Assembly (NCBI GenBank): GCA_050298055.1
Contig: JBNKTL010000052.1
Span: 1-34,211, forward strand
Direction of reading: 5' to 3'
DNA length: 34,211 bases
Source: Spirochaetota bacterium
GTDB taxonomy: Bacteria; Spirochaetota; UBA4802; UBA5550
Part shown: piece by piece, positions 8,801 to 17,693 of the stretch
Position numbering within the stretch: the first letter of the stretch is position 1
Layout of the letters: every line of letters starts with the position of its first letter
Made by a program: the position numbers and the translations under genes
The notes under the pieces: generated by a model
What the model was told of the DNA's origin: nothing
The model's input: only the letters and a program-made list of their open reading frames with translations
The model's database searches: none

Positions 8801-9451
8801 GAAGGTCTCTGACAGGCCGGCCTCGGCGCTTCGGGTATCCGGCTTCTCAACAGGTGGCACGATCCTCACTTCCGGACCGCCGGGACTTTTCATGACAAGT
8901 TCAAGGAGGGATGACCTGCTGACTTTGGAATCAAGGAGGTACGCGGCGGTTATTTCGGAGGCGGTTGATATATTGATCCTCCAGTAATCATCAACGATCC
9001 TCCCCAGAATTTCATTCCTGTCGGTGACCAGTTCGGTAGTGTAGATGCTTCCGCTTTCAAATGCGTTCTCAAGGAGTATCCCCTGGCAGAAGCTGTGGAT
9101 GGTTGATATGGACGCCCTGTCGAAGTTTATGATTGCCTCTCTCAGGATATACTCCGCCTCCTTCCGGTTCCCACTTTTTTCCGTAATCCTCTGAAGCATC
9201 CGGTCGCCGGTACCGGTTTCACCGCCGATAATCTTCAGCGCGTCCCGGAGCAGGTCCCGTATCCTTCCCCGGAGCTCTTCCGTGGCGGCAATGGTGAAGG
9301 TCACCACAAGTATCTCTTCCACCTTGAGCTTCTTTTCAAGGAGGAGTCTCAGGTAGAGGCCGGTAATGGCGTAGGTCTTTCCCGTTCCTGCGCTGGCCTC
9401 AATGAGGTTCGATCCCTCAAGGGGACAGTTCTCTATTTCAAAGCTCTTCAT
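5879..9451 (-). CDS. recB: Exodeoxyribonuclease V beta subunit RecB
   Basis: IEASAGTGKT, LIDEFQDTD, IGDPKQAIYGFRG, TIHRSKGLEF, YVALTRA, nuclease domain GFIDMVF...IVDWKSN. Confidence 0.97.
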   Translation of the reverse strand: MKSFEIENCPLEGSNLIEASAGTGKTYAITGLYLRLLLEKKLKVEEILVVTFTIAATEELRGRIRDLLRDALKIIGGETGTGDRMLQRITEKSGNRKEAEYILREAIINFDRASISTIHSFCQGILLENAFESGSIYTTELVTDRNEILGRIVDDYWRINISTASEITAAYLLDSKVSRSSLLELVMKSPGGPEVRIVPPVEKPDTRSAEAGLSETFNTLKETWEKESDKIIDIIIHDKAISRSKYRKGTIDDLIHDTRIFMAGSNPMDLPEHFGKFAAGTLSESLNKGAAAPVHRYFDLAGDFMASYSSLEEILHQYLLFIRGDLLRFAEREQAEYNRKYNTRLYDDLIGEVDRSLKGGAGSPLAGAVRKRYRAALIDEFQDTDSAQYRIFSKLFGRDSILFLIGDPKQAIYGFRGGDIFAYLNALKSVKNSYTLDKNWRSGKKLVSACNTLFGRRKIPFIFREIDFPPVDTPEREHKKLTKEGRELPAFTLCYMKNSLFQKEEKKFILKTEAEEFIARSVAMEIFRLVDSGSGGKTLIGERPLKPEDIAVLVRKKNQAVKIQGYLSVLGIPGVLYGTESVFSSEEAVSIMHILSAVAEPSSEVLVKTALSTPLFGYSGNRILRLNRDEELWSSVMSSFQEYSRLWIKNGFITMFNRLMANEGTRSAILSSPFGERSMTNILHIAELLHRKETAERPGPRGLIKWLAEKINSPGGEENQLRLESDGNAVSLITIHRSKGLEFPVVFCPFTWEGVKTGSGSEIFRFHDGSSDNSLVMDMGSGIRENRVRARKEELAENIRLMYVALTRARNSCYFYWGRINQSDSSAPAYLLHGEEIDETDPAGSLEEQMNGIDSKKMFSQLENLAKDSGGAIKLLSLEPEAVKGKYRSRETRSPLHCGEFTSMIDTGWRISSYSSLISSRHSGDFEGKDRDLPRTSGEKSETIREYSMASFPRGTVAGSLLHEILEHADLRDPGSSENRELIESVLRNYRYDPLWADTVAACLEDLADALLDPQDKNFTLGSIEKSSRLNELEFCFPVERVSPGIIEEVLSDIRIGERSMKVSGLNFRESAGFFKGFIDMVFKAGDRYCIVDWKSNFLGKTPDDYSFSSLAAEMENNLYTLQYHLYTLALHRFLTLREPGYSYEKSLGPVFYIFLRGVKGKSGSGIFSHRPDYGKILALEEKICGGPLK

Positions 9452-9452
9452 A

Positions 9453-12400
9453 TCAGGTCCTCTCCGCCGCCTTGAGGACCGGGCCGAAGACTCTCAGGGA
9501 GAGCTCTTTGAATTCCTTCATGTTTATCTCTTCAATTTTAAAACAGCGGGAATAATAGGGATCATCAAGGTCTCCCCTGCTGAACCGGGAACCTGCCAGG
9601 GACGCGGCCGCCGCTTTCAATGCCTGGTCTTCCGGTTTCCCGGAGTTAATTTTCTCCGCGTAACTGTATGAGGTATCGGCAAAAAAGGGAAGAGGCTCCC
9701 TGGTCCCCTTCCGGTAGAGGGAAATGAGGTCTTTCAGTATCCCCCGGGGATCATTAACACTCCCCAGTTTCCAGGTCCTCTTTTTCCTCACAAGGACCGT
9801 TGTCCGGGGCAGACGTTCTTCCCCCGCAGAGGCCGCGGCCAGGTGCTCGATCCAGGGACGGATAAAGTCCCGTCCCCTGCTCTCTCCATACCTGTAGTGG
9901 AGGATGATGTCATCACGGGCCGTGGTGATCATTCCCTGGACACGGGTCCCCTCAAGATCAAAGGAGAGCTCCACAGGTTCCAGGGGATCTCCTTTCATCA
10001 GCCCCCTGACCCTGCTGCTGAACCGCGCGATGCCCGGGAGCATCCTGCTGCACCGGACATCCCCTGGTGTCCCATGGGGAAGGAGCCCCTCATGTTTTAC
10101 TCTTTCAAGAATATCATGGGAGGTTGTTCCGGTTAAAAAGCTCTCAAGAAGTTCAGACTCCAAAAAGTATCTTTCCAGGCCTTCAATTTCGAAGGGTTCG
10201 CTGTTCTCCGGAATTAATGTCCTGTCCCTGTAATCCAGACCGATGATCCTTTCCAGGAGATAACGGGGGGGAGAGAGAAAAAAACTGACAAGATCGTCTA
10301 TCTGAACCACTCCGGGTTCATTGTCAGGATCCAGGGGCCGGCTGATAAAGGGACTTTTGTCAGCTTCGGGCTTCCGGGAGCGGAGCGCCTTATAGTTTTC
10401 TGCGGAATAGCTGATGAAGGGGCCCTCACCGGTAAAGTACCGGCTGCTGAAGGACTGCAGCGGGTGTTTGAAGAAAAAGCTGCCGGCAGTACTCTTTACC
10501 GCTCCGGGGAAAAGGTCTGCAAGAAAATCCATAAGCTCGGACACAACGATTGAAGGAGATATCTCGCTGTTGTCCTGTATATCCTGCCCCGTATAGCTGA
10601 TATAAAGCTTCTCCCGGGCAGAAAGGATCGATTCCAGAAAGATATACCTGTCCTCATCACGGAGTGAACGGTCCCCGCTCCGGGGATTTTTTTTCATCAG
10701 GTCAAAGGGCGATTCAGAATCTGTCCGGGGAAAGAGATCGTGGTTCATCCCTATCATGCAGATAATCCTGAAGGGAATACTCCTCACCGGCAGTACCGAG
10801 GCAAGGGTTACCGCTCCGGAAACATACCTCCCCGGAGGGTTGTCCCCTTCCATAAACCCCTCCAGGTACTCGCGCACTATCCGCAAATCGATCTCTTCGT
10901 GAAAACCTGAGGCCTCCTGGCAGGATGAAAGGTGACCGATCCCCCTGTTCAGAGATCTCAGCCGGGGATCATCTTCCGAGGAGAGATCAATGAAACTCTC
11001 CAGGATATAAGCAAGGTGCCGGCTCCACTCTTCTAAAGAATGGGGGACTTTGAAGATCTCTGCGGTTTTCATGACAGATTCAATGAAGCTGTTGAACCTG
11101 CCGAAGAGCCGGGCGTCTTCACCCTCAAGGAGGTCCAGGGGGAGTATCCCGCCGGGAAGTTCACCGCCTGCATGGGGCAGTGAATAGCCCAGGAGAATCC
11201 TTTTAATTCCGTGGAGCCAGCTGTTTTCCTCAACAGGAGGCAGGCCGATCTCCTCCCGGTAACCGGGTCCCAGCCCCCACCGTATATTGCCGCTCTTTAC
11301 CCAGGAATTTATCTTCTCAACGCAGCCCGGGGAAAAACCGAACCTGCTGCTCACCGGCTCCGATTCAAGAAGGGAGAGAACACTTCCCGCTGAATACCTC
11401 TTCTTCTCAAGTTCACAGATTGAGAAAAAGACCGCCGCGGCCCCGTTTCCGCCCCCTGATCCCCTGTCATTAAATGCCACGGGAATTTTCATCTCCTCCT
11501 TTTCCGGCGAGGAGAATACGGCATCTATGAATGGCGCGTAGTTTTTCATATCAGGGGTAACAATTAAGATGTCACGGGGCTTGAGGTCACTCTCACTGTT
11601 AAACCGGTGGAGGAGAAAGTCATACAACACCTCTGCTTCCCTCATGGGGCTGTGGCATGAATTAATGATGAGAGAACCGTCACCAGGAAGGGCATCCCCT
11701 TCTCCGCCGGGGATTGTTTCATCCTCAAGGTTCAATATCCCCGATTGTACCCGTTTTAACAGGGTGCCCCTGCCGGGAGGGCTGTAGAGTTCAACCGGTT
11801 CAGTCTCATCATCCACAATGGCCCGGAAAAAGTCCCTTCCCGCCCTGCCCATTGATGAGAGGAGGCTGTTCCCCGATTCCAGGTGAAGGTCTTCCTCGGG
11901 TATCCCCCTGCGAACCGCCTTCCCGGACTTCTTTATTATGGCGCCCCGGGGCATGATATGGCTCCAGAACTGGTTTGTGGGACTGAAGATATAGAGGTTG
12001 ACCTCAATGTGCCGGGCAAGCATCCGCATGATATCCAGGTGGTAGGGAGGAAGATACGATATGCCGAAAAGATTGATCCTGGCGGGAAGTTCATATTTCT
12101 GAAAGAAACCGGGATCATTGACCTCATTTGCCAGTTTCTCCCTGAGAGCGGGCGGGTGCAGGATTTCCTCGCGGGAAACCGTTCTTCTCCAGAGTTCTCC
12201 CTGCCAGCCTCCCGAACTCCCCCTCTCCCATTCCAGGACCATCTCCGGTCTGAAGGTCAGGTACTGGTCAAAAAGATCAGCTAATTTCCCGGCAAGTTGA
12301 AACAGCCGGTGACGGGACGGGTCTCCGGAGAGGTATGCTTTAACATCAGCGAATTCTCTCCTCTCAAGGTTTTCCGGGACCTGTTTCATCAATTGCCACC

Positions 12401-12677
12401 TGAGGAGCTCCCTGTCCATGTACCGGGAATCGGGAAGTTCCGGGTAGAGTTTCTTGAAAAGGTAGTGGTTAAACCGGTTGGGCAGCATGTAGCTGAAGTT
12501 TGACCAGACACCCAGTTTGTCCGCAAGCTCCAGGGTCAGCCACTGGGTTATCCCCTGGCTCTGGGTTATGATCAACTCTGTTTCAAAGGGACCGCCGGGA
12601 CTCTCTTTGAGGTTTTCCGATAAGCTCCCCGCAAGCTTCTCCAGCATGTTTCCCGTATAGATATTAAATCCGGCCAT
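9453..12677 (-). CDS. recC: Exodeoxyribonuclease V gamma subunit RecC
   Basis: LADLFDQYLTFRP, CHSPMREAEVL, RSIPFRIICMIGMN, EDRYIFLESILSAR, HPLQSFS. ATG at 12677 is preferred over the TTG at 12716. Confidence 0.96.
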   Translation of the reverse strand: MAGFNIYTGNMLEKLAGSLSENLKESPGGPFETELIITQSQGITQWLTLELADKLGVWSNFSYMLPNRFNHYLFKKLYPELPDSRYMDRELLRWQLMKQVPENLERREFADVKAYLSGDPSRHRLFQLAGKLADLFDQYLTFRPEMVLEWERGSSGGWQGELWRRTVSREEILHPPALREKLANEVNDPGFFQKYELPARINLFGISYLPPYHLDIMRMLARHIEVNLYIFSPTNQFWSHIMPRGAIIKKSGKAVRRGIPEEDLHLESGNSLLSSMGRAGRDFFRAIVDDETEPVELYSPPGRGTLLKRVQSGILNLEDETIPGGEGDALPGDGSLIINSCHSPMREAEVLYDFLLHRFNSESDLKPRDILIVTPDMKNYAPFIDAVFSSPEKEEMKIPVAFNDRGSGGGNGAAAVFFSICELEKKRYSAGSVLSLLESEPVSSRFGFSPGCVEKINSWVKSGNIRWGLGPGYREEIGLPPVEENSWLHGIKRILLGYSLPHAGGELPGGILPLDLLEGEDARLFGRFNSFIESVMKTAEIFKVPHSLEEWSRHLAYILESFIDLSSEDDPRLRSLNRGIGHLSSCQEASGFHEEIDLRIVREYLEGFMEGDNPPGRYVSGAVTLASVLPVRSIPFRIICMIGMNHDLFPRTDSESPFDLMKKNPRSGDRSLRDEDRYIFLESILSAREKLYISYTGQDIQDNSEISPSIVVSELMDFLADLFPGAVKSTAGSFFFKHPLQSFSSRYFTGEGPFISYSAENYKALRSRKPEADKSPFISRPLDPDNEPGVVQIDDLVSFFLSPPRYLLERIIGLDYRDRTLIPENSEPFEIEGLERYFLESELLESFLTGTTSHDILERVKHEGLLPHGTPGDVRCSRMLPGIARFSSRVRGLMKGDPLEPVELSFDLEGTRVQGMITTARDDIILHYRYGESRGRDFIRPWIEHLAAASAGEERLPRTTVLVRKKRTWKLGSVNDPRGILKDLISLYRKGTREPLPFFADTSYSYAEKINSGKPEDQALKAAAASLAGSRFSRGDLDDPYYSRCFKIEEINMKEFKELSLRVFGPVLKAAERT

Positions 12678-12824
12678 AGCGGTGAATAGTGAAAATCCAA
12701 TGCGACATAAAATCAACTGTTTTTTGCCGGGAGTGTTTTATATTTTGAGATTTTCCGGGTCTTTAGGAATGGTTTTATGTTTATCGAGGCTTTGATCTGA
12801 CCGGTTAATGAGCGTTCAACATAA

Positions 12825-12863
12825 ATGGTGTAAATTTAAGATATTATCTTAAATTTACACCAT
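12825..12863. repeat. Perfect 19-bp palindrome with 1-nt spacer
   Basis: ATGGTGTAAATTTAAGATA-T-TATCTTAAATTTACACCAT. Confidence 0.9.
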
Positions 12864-12915
12864 GCAATAGATTTTATTCCGGTTTCGGCCTTAAGTCAAG
12901 AACTGCTTTATGTCG

Positions 12916-14268
12916 TTATGGCCATGTGGGCTCCGTATTTCCCGTACCCCATCCAGTTGAAAAATTTGTGTAACTTAAAACACTGCCCACATCCCATCCG
13001 CTGAGATCATGACCTGAAAAAGCGGAAGCGTTATAAAACATATATTGGATTAATGTGACATTGCCTACATTCCAGGAGACTATGTCCTGATTGAAAGATG
13101 AGGCGCTGTAGAACATATAGCTCATATTACTAACAGTGTCCACAATCCAGGTGCCGATGTCTTGATTAAATGAAGAGGCGCCACGAAACATACTGTTCAT
13201 AGATCCAACACTGCTTACATCCCAGGAACCGATATCCTGATTGAAAGCGGACGCGTTATAAAACATACTGCTCATATTGGTAACACCGCTCACATCCCAG
13301 GAACCGATATCCTGATTAAAAGCAGATGCGCCATAAAACAGAGAAGCCATAACGGTTACATTGCTCACATCCCATGAGCTTATATCCTGATTAAAAGCAG
13401 ATGCGCCATAAAACATACGGCTCATATCGATAACACCGCTCACATCCCAGGAACCGATATCCTGATTAAAAGCAGATGCGCCATAAAACATATAACTCAT
13501 GTCTGTGATCCTGCTTACATCCCATGAGCTTATATCTCCATTAAAGGAAGTAGCGTTACAAAACATATGCATGGTACTTGTAACATTGGAAAGATCCGGG
13601 GTATCTGTGGCGTTGTATGCGAGGTTTGTACATCCGTAATAGGCGGCATTCATTCTTCCCCACACTATGGAACCCCAGTGCTCTATTGTTAAGATCTTTT
13701 CTTTGTCCCCGGTATTATCAAAATTTATCCCCGGAAAAGTCCCCCATATACTTACGGTATATGTTCCGATAGATGCATAAGTATGGGTTATTGATCCGGT
13801 AACATTGGTATCGGAAGTTCCGTCTCCCCAGTCTACGGAGTAATCGTATGTTTCACCGCCGTATACCGGGATGGTTACCTGGTCATCTCCCGATATACCG
13901 GTATTGTCCGTTTTCCAGGTGGTGATAAAATCATTCCAGATGGCATAGAGTACAAGATCTCCGCTTCCCATGGTGAAGCTCTCTCCCTCTTTGTATGTGC
14001 TACCGCTTCCGTCTGCCGCGGTGTTCCATACAATATGACTGCTGCCGAATTTTATAAGGTTCCCCGTATTCCCCAGTACGGTAACACTCTGACCTGCCTC
14101 ATATCCATTGCTGTCAACGGGTACAGTCCCTTCTGCAGCCCCATTACCGTCGTAGATGACAGCATAACCGCCTCCTCCACTATCACTGCAGCCTGAAAAG
14201 ACCGCGGCGGAAAGGATAAAAACGAATATTAAATAAAAAAACTTTTTAATTAAATTTTTTCTTTTCAT
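12916..14268 (-). CDS. BspA-like/DUF285 surface lipoprotein with a Listeria-Bacteroides-type repeat and a PKD-like domain
   Basis: Lipobox FSGC; YDGNGA..G.VP ... WNTAADGSG..Y ... LYAIW; VDWGDG..THTY; about eight 25-aa repeats MFYGASAFNQDIGSWDVS.V; SD AGGAG. Confidence 0.92.
   Translation of the reverse strand: MKRKNLIKKFFYLIFVFILSAAVFSGCSDSGGGGYAVIYDGNGAAEGTVPVDSNGYEAGQSVTVLGNTGNLIKFGSSHIVWNTAADGSGSTYKEGESFTMGSGDLVLYAIWNDFITTWKTDNTGISGDDQVTIPVYGGETYDYSVDWGDGTSDTNVTGSITHTYASIGTYTVSIWGTFPGINFDNTGDKEKILTIEHWGSIVWGRMNAAYYGCTNLAYNATDTPDLSNVTSTMHMFCNATSFNGDISSWDVSRITDMSYMFYGASAFNQDIGSWDVSGVIDMSRMFYGASAFNQDISSWDVSNVTVMASLFYGASAFNQDIGSWDVSGVTNMSSMFYNASAFNQDIGSWDVSSVGSMNSMFRGASSFNQDIGTWIVDTVSNMSYMFYSASSFNQDIVSWNVGNVTLIQYMFYNASAFSGHDLSGWDVGSVLSYTNFSTGWGTGNTEPTWP
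13070..13595 (-). repeat. 75-bp coding tandem repeats (DUF285 units)
   Basis: CCTGATTAAAAGCAGATGCGCCATAAAACA recurs exactly at 13311, 13386 and 13461, with more diverged units on either side. Confidence 0.9.
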
Positions 14269-14612
14269 GAAAAATCTCCTTTTCTCAAGAACTCATTGAT
14301 ATCTTTAACTATATAATTAAATATTAAAATCGGAAATATACAATATCGTATAATTGTACATAAATGGTGTGAGTGATGCCTGGGTTGGTATGAACAACAT
14401 CTTTTATAATAAAATATTCGTCCTCTAATGTATGGTTACAAACTCATTAATATTTCCATGGTTCAGGCTCTGTTAAATAAAATAGATTTTTATTGACAAA
14501 GGGAAACTCGATATAGAAATTAATAACTGTGAAGTAACTATTAACTGAAGATATGCCCGGCTGAATAAGTCAAACGTAGTGATACATTTTTTATAAACCG
14601 GGGGTTAAGTGA

Positions 14613-14831
14613 ATGTTCTGTAAAGGAAAACACACGGGTATAAGATACTGGAAACATGTGTGGGTAAAAAAGGTGCAGAGGTATCCGTATCTCGACGCAC
14701 TCCAGACCCAGGTGCTGAGAGAGATCTCAACGTGTAAAAGATGCGGTAAGGAGAAAATTGTTATCCTCAACCTCTCTGCCGGCAGGCTTAAGAAAGACCT
14801 GTTCAAAGAAGAGCTCTGGGAAGATATCTAA
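14613..14831 (+). CDS. Small putative Zn-binding protein (72 aa)
   Basis: C...H...HVW and CKRCGK motifs; GGGGG SD-like sequence upstream; coding-like composition. Confidence 0.55.
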   Translation: MFCKGKHTGIRYWKHVWVKKVQRYPYLDALQTQVLREISTCKRCGKEKIVILNLSAGRLKKDLFKEELWEDI

Positions 14832-14862
14832 AGCAGGATAAGTGAGAAAAATTCTCTGCCTG

Positions 14863-15342
14863 TCAGAAGTTACATCCGTGAAGAAGTATGTTTATCAGCT
14901 TACCGAGGAAATACGCCCCCATGAAGAGAAAAAAAGGCATCTGCCCGATAACAATAAAGAACTCGGATTTCTTTATGATTCCCCTGTTGTAGACCTTGCG
15001 TCCGAAAAAATTGTAGTGGAAGTACTCGGGGTCCCGGGACCGTTTATAGACTTTCCGAAGTATAAAAATTTTCAGGCTGAGCAATATAAAAAAAACCACG
15101 CCCGAGATAAGCCAGGCAATCAGCCTGATATTTATCCTCTGAACATGTTCCGGTTTCCTCAATGCAATGATCATGAGCAAGGTCACCAGGGCTATGTTTA
15201 TAACGAAGGTTAAAAGAAACCTTTTAAGGAATTTATTCTCCTTAATAAGAACATAAAGTGTGAGATACACAATGTGTACAAAAAAGGAAGCAAGGAGTGT
15301 TAAAAGAAGAACCGTAACAATCATCAGAAATAACCCACTCAA
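14863..15342 (-). CDS. Hypothetical membrane protein (about 4 TM)
   Basis: Four hydrophobic segments and a YFHYNFFGRKV loop; TTG start uncertain. Confidence 0.75.
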   Translation of the reverse strand: MSGLFLMIVTVLLLTLLASFFVHIVYLTLYVLIKENKFLKRFLLTFVINIALVTLLMIIALRKPEHVQRINIRLIAWLISGVVFFILLSLKIFILRKVYKRSRDPEYFHYNFFGRKVYNRGIIKKSEFFIVIGQMPFFLFMGAYFLGKLINILLHGCNF

Positions 15343-15455
15343 GAATAAATAGAGTATTTTACCAAATTGTCAAGCAAGATATTGATGGGCTGAGGACTGG
15401 AAACCTCGAAGAATAAAACCGGTCAGGGTTGAAATTACCAAGTATCTTTCTATAT

Positions 15456-16508
15456 TTATTTGTATTTGTCTATATATTTAAGAAGCTGCCGTGCTCTTTT
15501 ATTTTCTGGTTCCGATTTGAGTGCAGCTGTGATATATCTCCTGGCTTTGACCCTGTTTCTGTGCTTGAAATAGAGTTCCCCCAGGGCAATATTTGCTCCC
15601 ACATGATACGGCCTGCTCTCAACCACCTTTAAAAGAAACTCCCGCGCCTTTGTGTCAAAGTTATCAGGATGTTTGTGGTAAAGAATTCCCATGAGATAAT
15701 TCACGTCAACTGATAAAGGATAAATTGAGAGCGCTTCTTTGCCATATTTAATTCCTTCTTTTCTGTAGCTGTTTTTCAGTTTGTAAGGCAGGTACGAGTC
15801 GATAACCTCCCTGAACCTGATCTCAGCCATATTTTTTAAAAGAAGATATCTTTCTTCATTATCATTGAAGCGCGCAATCTGTTTGTAAGCTTCTGAAAAC
15901 TCCTTAAAAGCAAATTGAAGCATCTCCTGCCTGAGATAGATTTTTCCCAGTTCAAAATGCGCCTCCGGGTATCCCCGGTCAAGCTCAATTGACCTCTTAT
16001 ATTCGGATATTGCTTTCCCGGTCTCACCGGTTGAGAGGTAATAATCCCCCCTGGCCTTATGGACAGAGGCATATTTGGAATATTCATCAAACACCCTGAG
16101 GACAACCCTGTCGCCGTTGTTACAGAGTATGAGGTTTCCGTGACCGATAAACATATCACCGAACGATACACTCTGAAAGAGCTGCTTTACCCTGAGCTTG
16201 CCCACAATGAGATTTTTATTGTTAATCACATAGAGGACACTTCCCGCCCGGAGACCCTCTTTGTTATAAAGTCGTACTGTAGCTCTTGTCTTACCATGCT
16301 TGTAGGCAGAGAGATCATCTTCACTCAGGTCTTCCCGGGAAGAGAAACCGATAATAACTCCTTTAACAACCGCAGTCCATCCCTTCACATCTGACTGTGA
16401 TTCAAAGACCTTGAGACGGCTGTGACTCTTATCAAGGATCATATTCGCGTCTGCGCCGGCAGATACAACGACTATGAAAGTGAAAGCTGTAAACAATGCT
16501 CTTTTCAT
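15456..16508 (-). CDS. Secreted TPR protein
   Basis: Signal peptide, beta-rich N-terminal domain, TPR motifs (AISEYKRSIELDRGYPEAHFELGKIY). Confidence 0.85.
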   Translation of the reverse strand: MKRALFTAFTFIVVVSAGADANMILDKSHSRLKVFESQSDVKGWTAVVKGVIIGFSSREDLSEDDLSAYKHGKTRATVRLYNKEGLRAGSVLYVINNKNLIVGKLRVKQLFQSVSFGDMFIGHGNLILCNNGDRVVLRVFDEYSKYASVHKARGDYYLSTGETGKAISEYKRSIELDRGYPEAHFELGKIYLRQEMLQFAFKEFSEAYKQIARFNDNEERYLLLKNMAEIRFREVIDSYLPYKLKNSYRKEGIKYGKEALSIYPLSVDVNYLMGILYHKHPDNFDTKAREFLLKVVESRPYHVGANIALGELYFKHRNRVKARRYITAALKSEPENKRARQLLKYIDKYK

Positions 16509-16514
16509 GTCTGC

Positions 16515-17621
16515 TTACTTTAATAACCTGACTGGATTCAACGGAGTTACATATTTCCTTATTTCAAAATGCAGATGAGCACCCGTCACTGCCCCGGTAT
16601 TGCCGGAGAGAGAAATAAGATCACCCCTTTTGACCCGGCTCCCCCGTTTCACAAGATTCCTGCTGTTATGGGCGTAAACCGTAATGTATCCGTATTTGTG
16701 CCTGATAATAACAACCTTTCCGTATCCATGTTTCCATCCGCTGAAAATGACTTCTCCCCCCGCAGACGCTCTGATCTTCTTCCCGATATCTGCGCTGATA
16801 TCGATACCGCAGTGAAACTGTCTCCTTGTGGAAAACGGGTCCTTTCTTGTGCCGAATCCCGAAGTCAGTCTTCCTCTCAGAGGCCATGTGAACCTGATCA
16901 TGGTCCCGGTATGCCGTACAGAAGCAAGCCTCTTTCCTTTCCCGGTGTGCCTGAGAAAAGACTTTGAATCCCTCTTCCCCGCAACTCCCGGGAGAAATAT
17001 TTTTTTACCGGCTAGAAGGTACCCGCCTTTAAGCCGGTTGTGTCTGCGGATTTTCCCGCTGCTTATCCCGTAACGTTTTGAAATTTTGCTCAGGGAGTCA
17101 CCCCTCTTCACGGTATAAGTGAGTCCGATCCTGCAGGGGATGTCAATAAATTTTCCGGGCATAAGCATGTCCGGATCATTTATATTGTTTATTCTGATAA
17201 TAAGCCTGTGACTGATTCCAAAACGTTTTGCTATTTTCCAGAGATTTTCATTTTTCCTTATTTTGTACCGGGTAATATGCCACCTGCCGTCCTTTTTTTG
17301 CAGGTCTTTCAGTATTGTACTTTTTTTTGATTTGCCCGGCACCTCCCGGACAGAGTTCTCCCGGTCATTACTATTGATTGAATCATCAAAATCATCATCG
17401 TATATGATCCGGCCGCTGTTGTCGGCACCACCCTCATTATCCTCCGGGGGTGTATCCGACTCCATCTTCAGCTCCCTGATGATAATTGAATTCTCAAGGT
17501 TAAAACTTCCTTTAAGGAGAGTAATTTTTTCATTGCCGGAGCGGTTTTCAGAATATCTTAAAACTATCAGCAGAATTGAGAGTATTAAGAACACCAGCAG
17601 AAATAGATGTTTTCTTTTCAT
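16515..17621 (-). CDS. LysM-domain M23 peptidoglycan endopeptidase
   Basis: Two LysM domains (YTVKRGDSLSKIS), M23 motifs HCGID and HLHFE, N-terminal anchor. Confidence 0.93.
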   Translation of the reverse strand: MKRKHLFLLVFLILSILLIVLRYSENRSGNEKITLLKGSFNLENSIIIRELKMESDTPPEDNEGGADNSGRIIYDDDFDDSINSNDRENSVREVPGKSKKSTILKDLQKKDGRWHITRYKIRKNENLWKIAKRFGISHRLIIRINNINDPDMLMPGKFIDIPCRIGLTYTVKRGDSLSKISKRYGISSGKIRRHNRLKGGYLLAGKKIFLPGVAGKRDSKSFLRHTGKGKRLASVRHTGTMIRFTWPLRGRLTSGFGTRKDPFSTRRQFHCGIDISADIGKKIRASAGGEVIFSGWKHGYGKVVIIRHKYGYITVYAHNSRNLVKRGSRVKRGDLISLSGNTGAVTGAHLHFEIRKYVTPLNPVRLLK

Positions 17622-17693
17622 ATATATTAATTCGGTAATATTGATAATTATCTTTACACGGCAAAAGTGCGATTTACGGATTCAAAACAGAGA

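Noticed and set aside
4230..12503. Many plus-strand ORFs of 60-256 aa, such as 5873-6643
   Set aside because: Antisense shadows of the GC-rich recBCD genes with no recognisable motifs.
13070..13595. Regular repeats with variable intervening sequence resembling a CRISPR array
   Set aside because: The period is exactly 75 bp, in frame within a DUF285 protein; the 'spacers' are homologous coding sequence, and there are no cas genes.
14842..15213. 123-aa plus-strand ORF
   Set aside because: Antisense to a more convincing membrane-protein gene (14863-15342).
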